Assembly: GCA_002269645.1 (NCBI GenBank)
Contig: NIVC01000023.1
Span: 868,001-932,000 of the forward strand
Direction: 5' to 3'
Length of the DNA: 64,000 bases
Source of the DNA: Macrostomum lignano
Lineage: Eukaryota
Shown: positions 24,737-36,900 of the stretch, in pieces
How the letters are laid out: each line of letters opens with the position of its first letter
Numbering within the stretch: the stretch's first letter is position 1
Position numbers and translations under genes: made by a program
Notes under the pieces: generated by a model
What the model was told of the DNA's origin: nothing
The model's input: the letters and a program-made list of their open reading frames with translations, nothing else
Databases searched by the model: none

Positions 24737-25500
24737 AATATGACAGCTCCGCGATTACCCGCTCTTAGGTGCGCGCTATGTGAGTCGTCAAGTCCTACCA
24801 ACCAATCAATTAATCGATTCGTTTAATGGGAAATCAGACAATTCATTAAGATTTGCCACAAAAGAATTTTGCTTTTACTTAGCTGACACAGCGGCACAGG
24901 TGTATTATGCACATAAATGAAAATATAAACTTTGTGAAAAAAAATGCTTTAATAAATAATCTGGTTTTAATATCAAAGAGTTTCATTTCGCTGCGGTCTC
25001 TGTCTGTCTGTGTATTTTCTGTTTTATTCAGCGCCTAACTTCAAACATTTATTAATAATAATAACAACAACAACTGCGTTTGGATCGGCACTGCTTGATT
25101 TAATTCAGTTTTCAATTGTATATTAACTCATCTTGATAAACAATTTAAAGTGGACATTTTAATTTTGAATTTATCATTTGCCCTGCGTGTGCGTTATTTT
25201 TTAATTGGTCTCGCCTATGTTTGTTTGATAGATTCCATAGCCAAGGCAAAAATATTTGAAATATAATTATCTGTGTGTTGATTTAATTTACCAAACCTGC
25301 TTTCTGTCAATTCGCTTTCTCTTAATAAACACAAAAATATTCGACAAGGAAGCGTCTGAACATTTATTTCGCGTCAAGGCATCGGATGCTTCTTTAGAAA
25401 AGGAGAGAAAACAATATTCTATATTATTAAAGACGCTTTTTCGTTTTCAACAAAAACCTTTATTAGTCTCATGGTCTTTCGTCTTTGTTTATCTACGTGT

Positions 25501-26499
25501 ATTAGACACAGTAGGACTGCATTAGAGACACAGTGGGACTGCATTAGAGACAGTATGACTGCATTAGAGACACAGTGGGACTGCATTAGAGACAGTGGGA
25601 CTGCATTAGAGACACAGTGGGACTGCATTAGAGACAGTATGACTGCATTAGAGACACAGTGGGTCTGCATTAGAGACAGTAGGACTGCATTAGAGACAGT
25701 AGGACTGCATTAGAGACACAGTGGGACTGCATTAGAGACACAGTGGGACTGCATTAGAGACACAGTGGGACTGCATTAGAGACACAGTGGGACTGCATTA
25801 GAGACACAGTGGGACTGCATTAGAGACACAGTGGGACTGCATTAGCCACAGTGGGACTGCATTAGAGACACAGTGGGACTGCATTAGAGACACAGTGGGA
25901 CTGCATTAGAGACACAGTGGGACTGCATTAGAGACACAGTGGGACTGCATTAGAGACACAGTGGGACTGCATTAGAGACACAGTGGGACTGCATTAGAGA
26001 CAGTGGGACTGCATTAGAGACACAGTGGGACTGCATTAGAGACAGTGGTACTGCATTAGAGACACAGTGGGACTGCATTAGAGACACAGTAGGACTGCAT
26101 TAGAGACACAGTGGGACTGCATTAGAGACAGTAGGACTGCATTAGAGACACAGTGGGACTGCATTAGAGACAGTGGGACTGCATTAGAGACACAGTGGGA
26201 CTGCATTAGAGACACAGTGGGACTGCATTAGAGACAGTGGGACTGCATTAGAGACACAGTGGGACTGCATTAGAGACACAGTGGGACTGCATTAGAGACA
26301 GTGGGACTGCATTAGAGACACAGTGGGACTGCATTAGAGACACAGTGGGACTGCATTAGAGACAGTGGGACTGCATTAGAGACACAGTGGGACTGCATTA
26401 GAGACAGTGGGACTTCATTGAGACACAGTGGGACTGCATTAGAGACACAGTGGGACTGCATTAGAGACGGTGAGACTGCATTAGAGACAGTGGGACTGC
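25501..26499. repeat. 22/20-bp minisatellite (GAGACACAGTGGGACTGCATTA)
   Basis: Seen directly; the same family occurs inverted at 41385-42016. Confidence 0.97.
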
Positions 26500-26740
26500 A
26501 CATTAGGCCTTATTCAGAGGTAATTTTGCATGCCATTCAGGTAGACCAGAAAACTGTATGAACTAAAATTAAGAGTCAGTGCTATATTTAGCCATACATA
26601 GTAGGTTACGAATGGCCATGATTGGCTGAAAAATATGCACCCGAAACAAATAAAGGTACGAAACGCCTGAAGCGAGCGTGGCTTTAAAAGCAGTACAAGT
26701 TTTTTTGGCTGGATTCGAGGCTTGGAATCGAGCAGTTGGG

Positions 26741-26966
26741 ATGTCAGGCTGCGCAGAGCCTCGACTGCCGCGCGATTCAACAGTGGCAGCCGCTGACACA
26801 GACTGCTGGCAGGCTTTGAAGCCGGGATTTCACGAGATGTACGGCGCGGTGTTCTGCGAGACTGTTCAGGCAGCTTTTATTGCTGCCAGCGACTGCCAAC
26901 GGGTGTACATTGTTGGTGAGGCTGTCGTTGAGTATATGATAGATGGATGGATAGATAGATAGATAG

Positions 26967-27010
<44 letters not shown>

Positions 27011-27011
27011 G

Positions 27012-27077
<66 letters not shown>

Positions 27078-27153
27078 GATAGATAGATAGACAGATAGAT
27101 AGATAGATGGATAGAAGGATAGATAGATAGATAGATAGATGGATGGATAGAAG

Positions 27154-27215
<62 letters not shown>

Positions 27216-27287
27216 CAGATAGATGGATAGATAGACAGATAGATAGATAGATAGATAGATAGAGATAGATAGATGGATAGATAGATG

Positions 27288-27325
<38 letters not shown>

Positions 27326-27333
27326 GATAGATC

Positions 27334-27376
<43 letters not shown>

Positions 27377-27377
27377 G

Positions 27378-27408
<31 letters not shown>

Positions 27409-27524
27409 GGATAGATAGACAGATAAATCGATAGATGGATAGAAGGATAGATAGATAGATAGATAGATAGAGACAGATAGATGGATAGATAGATAGATAG
27501 ATGGATGGATAGATAGATAGATAG

Positions 27525-27564
<40 letters not shown>

Positions 27565-27634
27565 GGATAGATAGATAGATAGATAGACAGATAGATAGAT
27601 AGATGGATAGATGGATGGATAGATAGATAGATAG

Positions 27635-27678
<44 letters not shown>

Positions 27679-27711
27679 TGATGGATAGATAGATAGATAG
27701 ATGGATAGAAG

Positions 27712-27745
<34 letters not shown>

Positions 27746-27757
27746 GATAGATAGATG

Positions 27758-27803
<46 letters not shown>

Positions 27804-27811
27804 GATAGATC

Positions 27812-27842
<31 letters not shown>

Positions 27843-27893
27843 GGATAGATAGATAGATAGATAGAGATAGATAGATAGATAGATAGATAGATG

Positions 27894-27932
<39 letters not shown>

Positions 27933-27981
27933 GGATAGATAGACAGATAAATCGATAGATGGATAGAAGGATAGATAGATG

Positions 27982-28048
<67 letters not shown>

Positions 28049-28054
28049 GGATAA

Positions 28055-28088
<34 letters not shown>

Positions 28089-28097
28089 GGATAGAAG

Positions 28098-28171
<74 letters not shown>

Positions 28172-28192
28172 CAGATAGATGGATAGATAGAC

Positions 28193-28227
<35 letters not shown>

Positions 28228-28267
28228 GATAGATAGATAGACAGATAGATAGATAGATGGATAGAAG

Positions 28268-28302
<35 letters not shown>

Positions 28303-28334
28303 GGATAGACAGATAGATAGATAGATAGATAGAT

Positions 28335-28402
<68 letters not shown>

Positions 28403-28415
28403 GGATAGATAGATG

Positions 28416-28498
<83 letters not shown>

Positions 28499-29650
28499 GC
28501 TCACCCAGAACCCCTTGTCCTTGCAGGCTGCCTACTACTAAACCTAACAGCCTCGGTGAACCCGGCCCTCACTCGATACTCGCGACGGTTTAGCCGCAAT
28601 TTGAGAAGCCATGTTGCCACCGCCGCTGCCTCCGCAGCCGCAGGGTTGTACACAGTTGATGACGCAATCAATGAAGCAACTGCAGCAGCAAACTCAGTGT
28701 CAAGTTCTGTCAGGTTGAGATGCTTTCACTGCAATGCGCTGGTATCGAGCGAAATCATTTCCAACGATAGAAATGATGAGCAGCAGATCAGCGGGAAGCA
28801 GTTGCTGGATTCCGACTGCGATAATCCTGATGAGTTTTATTGGTCAATGCATCGGGCTGCCAGCCCAGCGTGCTATTACGTCCGACTGAGAGATTTTATT
28901 GTTCAACACCTTCGGCGGTGAGTCTTTGAGTTGATAGTAGAGTAATTATTTTATAATGACGCAGCCGTTGTAAAAGAACCCTTTAAAGCCGTTAGTCATA
29001 GACGCCAATTCGATGTAAATAACATAAAAAGCCTTTGATGTAGCCGCCCACCAAGCATAACAAAATCCTTTGATGTAGCCGCCAAGCATAACAAAATCCT
29101 CTGATGTAGCCGCCAAGCATAACAAAATCCTTTGATGTAGCCGCCAGTTATTACATAATCCTTTGATGTTAACTGCCAATCATAAAAATCCTTAAAAATC
29201 CTTTGATGCAGCCGCCAAGCATAACAAAATCCTTTGATGTAGCCGCCAGTCATAACAAAATCCTTTGATGTAGCCGCCAATTATGAACATTCCCACAGAC
29301 CAATCGCAGACCAGCCGCAGCAGCCCCAGCTGTCCGTCAATCTCGACATTGAAAAATTCCTTCGAGCTCTGCGCAAACTTCGCCGCGACCTTGCCGAATT
29401 AACCTCGCTTCGTCTGGCCGCTGATTTCGGCTACGCGCCTCGCGTTGTAGCATTTTGCGCTACGCGCCACTTCATGCGCCACGGTGGCCGGACGCCCGAG
29501 CGAGCTGGCGAAATGATCGCCTGCCTGCACACCTGCCAGGATCAGTTCGAGGCCGCCGTGCTTGAGTCTGTCGACGTGTCCACAGTGCTCAAAGTGCTGT
29601 CTCCGCTTTTACTAATTGCGAGACATCCTAGCGTTCCTAACCCGCAGTAG
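26741..29650 (+). CDS. Divergent IAP-like protein (one BIR-like domain plus UBA-like domain, no RING), 3 exons, 305 aa
   Basis: Exons 26741-26915, 28527-28917, 29299-29650 (918 nt, GT-AG, phases 1 and 2) join into one open frame. BIR-like AAAGLY...RCFHC...DNP...HRAASPAC (CxxC...Hx6C). [11 protein letters not shown]...RHFMRHG...EMIACL resembles the cIAP UBA (MGF...V...G...LV..L). Confidence 0.72.
26937..28497. repeat. (GATA)n microsatellite, ~1.56 kb, filling intron 1 of the BIR-like gene
   Basis: GATA run with GATG, GACA and GAGA variants. Confidence 0.99.
29020..29281. repeat. ~31-bp degenerate minisatellite (CATAACAAAATCCTTTGATGTAGCCGCCAAG) in intron 2 of the BIR-like gene
   Basis: About 7-8 imperfect copies. 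Confidence 0.9.
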
Positions 29651-31694
29651 TAACCGGAACAGGACGTGTTTGTTTTAAATGTCTCTAAATTAACTCTAGC
29701 GGCCCGTTATCTGCAGATTCCAGGGAGGAGTGTTCTAAAAATAGAATCTACACGTATTACATAGGATTTCCTGGAAATTCTCGACCGAAAGTGTACATTT
29801 TTGCGACTGATAAATTTACGAGTAAATTCAGCTTGTTGTTGCTAGAATTTTTTCTCAAAGAATATATATTCTGAACGATTCGTGGAGGCACCCTACAAAG
29901 GTGTAAGCTGTGCTTTTTCGGATGGTGAGGTTGCAGGAGGGCTGCCGGGCATCCTGGCGCAACGTATTCGGCGAGTTCTCACCCCATCACGCTGACTCCT
30001 GAGCACATTCAAGCGCGCCAATACTGTACGTCTGTACCCACGCACGGAACTTATACACACGCCTCAGAGGCAGTAGGGAATACAAAATCCCCAGTTTTGC
30101 CAATCCCGAGATCCCGAGATTAAAAAAGTTTCTAATCTTTGCAATGTTGATTTACGAAGCCATCTAATCTGATTTTAAAGGGCCTTCAATAATAAAGTAG
30201 AACAAATGAGGGAGGGTTCAAATGAACAAGGATTTGACTCCAGTCTGGGAAGCTATAGCGCTGTGATCGGAAATAATGAGGAATTGGCCTCTCTTGCTTT
30301 AGACTCTGTGCACAGGGATTTAGAATATTAACTAAATTTGTCTGCGACTACCATATGCACACAGTTGCACGTACATTATTACACCTGAAATCTCCTGCTT
30401 CAGTTTTGTATCTCTGCAGCCCTAGCCTTCTCACTAGCCTGCATGTTTAAAAGATTATTAAATCAAAAGCAGGCCAACTGCATGGGTTATGATTTTCACC
30501 TGACAGTAGCTCAGCTGCAGATACTATACAATTCGAGAATGAATTATTGAATTATTGCAAACCGGGATCGGGATCCCGATGGTCAATCCCCGGGATTTTC
30601 GAATCCCAGACTTGGGCGGTGGGTAGATCCCGGGGATTTAGAATAATCATCATCTGATCATTGGATCACCTGGCCAATTTTCGTGCACCCACAAGCCCCA
30701 AATGAATATGGATGAGCCCAATTGAGTGAGTCTACTGTGATTGCCGGCCCGGCCGAATTAAAGTTTTAAACAGACTTTGTGTAACAAATAGTCGCAAATA
30801 GCACACACACTATTAAAAGGTCCGCCCACCCACTACTGCGTGGGCAATCAAATTCAAACTAACTGACCCGGACATAAATAAACAACTATTGAACGTTCAA
30901 TGCAAATATAAGACAGTCTTGAGTTGGTAATAAACTCAAAATATATTCCGAACAGTGATATTCAATGTAAGCCAGTCTGGAGTGTGTGGGTGTGTGCGCA
31001 CACCTTGGGTTCACGTTTATCCAGTATAATCAGTATTTGAATTCGGCTACATACCTAAAAAAAGTCTACAAGTGTGGGCGGTCGCATTATATTCATTTTA
31101 GTAGCTAAACAGCCAATCCTGCTAATTATTTTTGGTGCCAAATCATTTTTCTAAATCCTTCAGACTATTAATGCAAAAACGCGTTACGTCCTACTGCTTT
31201 ATTTTATAATAGTTAAAATTAGAAAGCACATTGTTTTAATATTAATTTTCATTTCAAAGTTTCGTCTTGACTTTGCAGTGCAAAGACGTCCTAGCAGCGT
31301 GACGTCGTGCATCGCTCAGCTCAATTTTGTCTAATTCTATAGGCGTAGGTGTCTGTCTGTGTGTGCATAGACCAAATTAGGCACAGACCTACCTGTATAT
31401 AGCTGGTGTGTCACCCAGTGTTTGCCTGTCTCTTTCTCTCTCTACCTACCGCCCAACAACGCACGCACACTGAAAACTTACGTACGTTATAAAATCTACT
31501 TTGACTGTTAGCATAGCTGTCATTTTCTTTTCTTTTTTTGCTCCTGTTTCTTGTATAAATTAGTCATAATTCACGATCGTGCAAATTGCTGACAGATGTC
31601 GACATGCATCAGCACAGGCGTCAACTAATTAACAAGTGTAACACGTTAAATGACGTACTAATTAAATACACCGTGCCAAAATAGACCTCAACGT

Positions 31695-33080
31695 AGGTGT
31701 CAGAGTTGTCAACTTATAGGTGTCAGGGGTTGTCAACTTATAGGTGTCAGAGTTGTCAACTTATAGGTGTCAGGGGTTGTCAACTTATAGGTGTCAGAGT
31801 TGTCAACTTATAGGTGTCAGAGTTGTAAACTTATAGGTGTCAGAGTTGTCAACTTATAGGTGTCAGAGTTGTCAACTTATACATGTAGGTGTCAGGGGTT
31901 GTCAACTTATAGGTGTCAGAGTTGTCAACTTATAGGTGTCAGGGGTTGTCAAATTATAGGTGTCAGAGTTGTCAACTTATAGGTGTCAGAGTTGTCAACT
32001 TATAGGTGTCAGAGTTGTCAACTTATAGGTGTCAGAGTTGTCAACTTATAGGTGTCAGGGGTTGTCAACTTATAGGTGTCAGAGTTGTCAACTTATAGGT
32101 GTCAGGGGTTGTCAACTTATAGGTGTCAGGGGTTGTCAACTTATAGGTGTCAGAGTTGTCAACTTATAGGTGTCAGAGTTGTCAACTTATAGGTGTCAGA
32201 GTTGTCAACTTATAGGTGTCAGAGTTGTCAACTTATAGGTGTCAGAGTTGTCAACTTATAGGTGTCAGAGTTGTCAACTTATAGGTGTCAGGGGTTGTCA
32301 ACTTATAGGTGTCAGAGTTGTTAACTTATAGGTGTCAGGGGTTGTCAAATTATAGGTGTCAGAGTTGTCAACTTATAGGTGTCAGAGTTGTCAACTTATA
32401 GGTGTCAGGGGTTGTCAACTTATAGGTGTCAGGAGTTGTCAAATTATAGGCGTCAGAGGTTGTCAAATTATAGGTGTCAGGAGTTGTCATATAGGTGTCA
32501 GGGGTTGTCAAATTATAGGTGTCAGGAGTTGTCAAATTATAGGTGTCAGGAGTTGTCATATAGGTGTCAGGGGTTGTCAAATCAGGTGTCAGGAGTTGCG
32601 AAATTATAGGTGTCAGGAGTTGTCAAATTATACGTGTCAGGGGTTGTCAAATTAGGTGTCAGGAGTTGTCAAATTAGATGTCAGGAGTTGTCAAATTATA
32701 GGCGTCAGGGGTTGTCAAATTATAGGTGTCAGGAGTTGTCATATAGGTGTCAGGGGTTGTCAAATTAGGTGTCAGGAGTTGCCAAATTGTAGGTGTTAGG
32801 AGTTGTCAAATTATAGGCGTCAGGGGTTGTCAAATTATAGGTGTCAGGAGTTGTCAAATTATAGGTGTCAGGAGTTGTCATATAGGTGTCAGGGGTTGTC
32901 AAATCAGGTGTCAGGAGTTGCGAAATTATAGGTGTCAGGAGTTGTCAAATTATAGTGTCAGGGGTTGTCAAATTAGGTGTCAGGAGTTGTCAAATTAGGT
33001 GTCAGGAGTTGTCAAATTAGGTGTCAGGAGTTGTCAAATTAGGTGTCAGGAGTTGTAAAATAGGTGTCAGGAGGTGTCAA
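31695..33080. repeat. 23-bp minisatellite (CTTATAGGTGTCAGAGTTGTCAA) grading into 21-24 bp variants
   Basis: Homogeneous to ~32430, then a variant zone with GTCAGGAGTTGTCAAATTA units. Confidence 0.97.
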
Positions 33081-33641
33081 ATTGGGCCTCAAATCGGGGG
33101 TGTATTTACTGATATCTTAATGTTGAATTAACGTCTCCAGAACCTGCAAATGAGACACCAGTTTAAATAAGCAAATCAAAATACGTTACATACTACTGTT
33201 CAAAGCTTAGCTACTTCCAACGCTCAGTAGGGCAAATACTTAAAACTTGTTTATTTATTGAGAAATAGTAATATTATAATAATTTTGTAATACTAATCCA
33301 ATACTATAACAGGATTAAATGTAAGATTGAAAATATAAAAGCCCACGAAAGTTCAAAGTGGAATTCAAATTGAATCAAATCAGGAATAAATTGATATTGA
33401 GTTTCGAGTAAACCATCCATAAAAAACAGTAATTAAGCAAATCAGAAACTGCTGTGTCGCTGCACTGAGACTTAAATCGTTCCGAGGTCACGGCAATCTT
33501 TGCAGAGTCCATCATGGATCTCTTCCGGCTCCGGCTGAAACAAATTGAGTTCAATAATAAAATTCGGTACCCTATAGTTCTGGTCTAAAATCAATAATAT
33601 GTGAAGCGTCTCTCACCTCGTGCTTGCCGTTTTCGTTAGTT

Positions 33642-33746
33642 TCATTGACGTTGTGGCAGCTGGCGGACAGAGCTGGGTTGGAGTAGGACTGAAATTGCAG
33701 GCATTGACAGTGTTGCTTTCGACTGGTTTTGGGTTGGAGACAGAAA

Positions 33747-33777
<31 letters not shown>

Positions 33778-33778
33778 C

Positions 33779-33813
<35 letters not shown>

Positions 33814-33842
33814 CACAGACAGACAGACAGACAGACAGACAC

Positions 33843-33901
<59 letters not shown>

Positions 33902-36900
33902 GGCACGAATCGGAGTGACAGACACACGAATCGGAGTGACAGACACACGAATCGGAGTGACAGACACACGAATCGGAGTGACAGACACACGAATCGGAGT
34001 GACAGACACACGAATCGGAGTGACAGACACACGAATCGGAGTGACAGACACACGAATCGGAGTGACAGACACACGAATCGGAGTGACAGACACACGAATC
34101 GGAGTGACAGACACACGAATCGGAGGGACAGACACACGAATCGGAGTGACAGACACACGAATCGGAGTGACAGACACACGAATCGGAGTGACAGACACAC
34201 GAATCGGAGTGACAGACACACGAATCGGAGTGACAGACACACGAATCGGAGTGACAGACACACGAATCGGAGTGACAGACACACGAATCGGAGGGACAGA
34301 CACACGAATCGGAGTGACAGACACACGAATCGGAGTGACAGACACACGAATCGGAGTGACAGACACACGAATCGGAGTGACAGACACACGAATCGGAGTG
34401 ACAGACACACGAATCGGAGTGACAGACACACGAATCGGAGTGATAGACAGTAGCGCCAACCCTCACCAGCTGCGCAGCTGCCGATTGGCCTCCAACAGTA
34501 GCCGTGCCCGCGGTCACACCGGCCGCGGCGGTCCTCCAGTTGTCCTCGGCCAGCTGTCGCCACCGGGCCGGGCTGTCCATGCCGAGAGCGTCCGGGTCAC
34601 CGGCCGGGTACACAGCGGACAGGTAGTGCCTCCGACCATTCCGGCCGAAGACAGACGAGGATCGGCGCTGGGCCAAGACGGCGAAGACAATTGCCGCAAT
34701 TGCTACTAGAAGCAGCAGACAGAATGCAATGCTCAAACCAATGACTGCAGATGACGTTTGCTGCTGATTTGGTTGCGTCTGCTGTAGCTGCTGCAGACAC
34801 TCGGGTCCTGAATAACCCGGCTTGCACAGGCACAGTGCCGGGCCATCACTTGCTCTCATCTGACAGACCCGGTTGCTACCCGGACAGGTGTCGCTTGAGC
34901 ACAGTTGAGCGCACGAGCTGCCAGACAGTCGCGGGTTCAAATCCGCGTAGCCGGGATGGCAGGCGCAGGTGTAGGCGCCGGTGGAGACCGACGGACGGCA
35001 GGTGGCGTAGCCGGAGCACAGGTTCGCAGTACTGCTCCGGCATGGGTTCGCATCTGAGTTGGATCGAATGGTTCCCTAAAGCGAGTTAAACAGCTTGTTT
35101 CGCCGGCCTAAAATGTCTGTTTTGAAGCAGCTGAGATCTTATAATGATGTTTTAATTATCATGTTCGCAAAAAGGCTATGGTCACCCTCAGGGGCGTCGC
35201 CATGGATTTTATTGTGGAAGGGACAACCAAGAATTCTACATGTACATTATTTTCAGAATCCGTGTTGTCAGCGCTTATTTAGCGCAGCAGGAACTCATTT
35301 TAGCGCCGCAGACACTCATTTTGGTGCTGCAGACACTCATTTTGGCGCCGCAGACACTCATTTTGGTGCTGCAGACACTCATTTTGGCGCCGCAGACACT
35401 CATTTTGGTGCTGCAGACACTCATTTTGGTGCTGCAGACACTCATTTTGGCGCCGCAGACATTCATTTTGGTGCTGCAGACACTCATTTTGGCGCCGCAG
35501 ACACTCATTTTGGCGCCGCAGACACTCATTTTGGTGCTGCAGACACTCATTTTGGCGCCGCAGACACTCATTTTGGTGCTGCAGACACTCATTTTGGCGC
35601 CGCAGACACTCATTTTGGCGCCGCAGACACTCATTTTGGTGCTGCAGACACTCATTTTGGCGCCGCAGACACTCATTTTGGCGCTGCAGACTCATTTTGG
35701 TGCCGCAGACACTCATTTTGGCGCCGCAGGCACTCATTTTGGCGCCGCAGACACTCATTTTGGCGCCGCAGACACTCATTTTGGCGCCGCAGACACTCAT
35801 TTTTGGTGCCGCAGACACTCATTTTGGCGCCGCAGACACTCATTTTGGTGCTGCAGACACTCATTTTGGCGCCGCAGACACTCATTTTGGTGCTGCAGAC
35901 ACTCATTTTGGCGCCGCAGACACTCATTTTGGTGCTGCAGACACTCATTTTGGCGCCGCAGACACTCATTTTGGTTCCGCAGACACTCATTTTGGTGCCG
36001 CAGACACTCATTTTGGTGCTGCAGACACTCATTTTGGCGCCGCAGACACTCATTTTGGTGCCGCAGACACTCATTTTGGCGCCGCAGACACTCATTTTGG
36101 TGCTGCAGACACTCATTTTGGCGCCGCAGACACTCATTTTGGTGCCGCAGACACTCATTTTGGCGCCGCAGACACTCATTTTGGTGCTGCAGACACTCAT
36201 TTTGGCGCCGCAGACACTCATTTTGGCGCTGCAGACTCATTTTGGTGCCGCAGACACTCATTTTGGCGCCGCAGACACTCATTTTGGCGCCGCAGACACT
36301 CATTTTGGTGCCGCAGACACTCATTTTGGCGCCGCAGACACTCATTTTGGTGCTGCAGACACTCATTTTGGCGCCGCAGACACTCATTTTGGCGCCGCAG
36401 ACACTCATTTTGGCGCCGCAGACACTCATTTTGGTGCCGCAGACACTCATTTTGGCGCCGCAGACACTCATTTTGGTGCTGCAGACACTCATTTTGGTGC
36501 TGCAGACACTCATTTTGGCGCCGCAGACACTCATTTTGGTGCCGCAGACACTCATTTTGGCGCCGCAGACACTCATTTTGGTGCTGCAGACACTCATTTT
36601 GGCGCCGCAGACACTCATTTTGGTGCCGCAGACACTCATTTTGGCGCCGCAGACACTCATTTTGGTGCTGCAGACACTCATTTTGGTGCTGCAGACACTC
36701 ATTTTGGCGCCGCAGACACTCATTTTGGCGCCGCAGACACTTATTTTGATCAATTTAACCGTGCATAAAATATATGCTCACATTTAACAGTAAGATTCGA
36801 GCCAAAGGTGGCATTGCTCAGCGTCATGCTGTTGTGCAAAGCTTCCAGCAGTTGACCAGATGAGACAGAGTCCTTAGTTACCGAAGCATCAGGTGGGAAT

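Noticed and set aside
30075-30640. ATCCCG/CGGGAT motif clusters at both ends, resembling hAT subterminal repeats
   Set aside because: No convincing TIR pair or TSD could be defined.
35095-36787. 500+ aa ORFs of ADTHFG / PQTLIL repeats
   Set aside because: A 21-bp intronic array lacking stops by chance; frame-shifting units are present.
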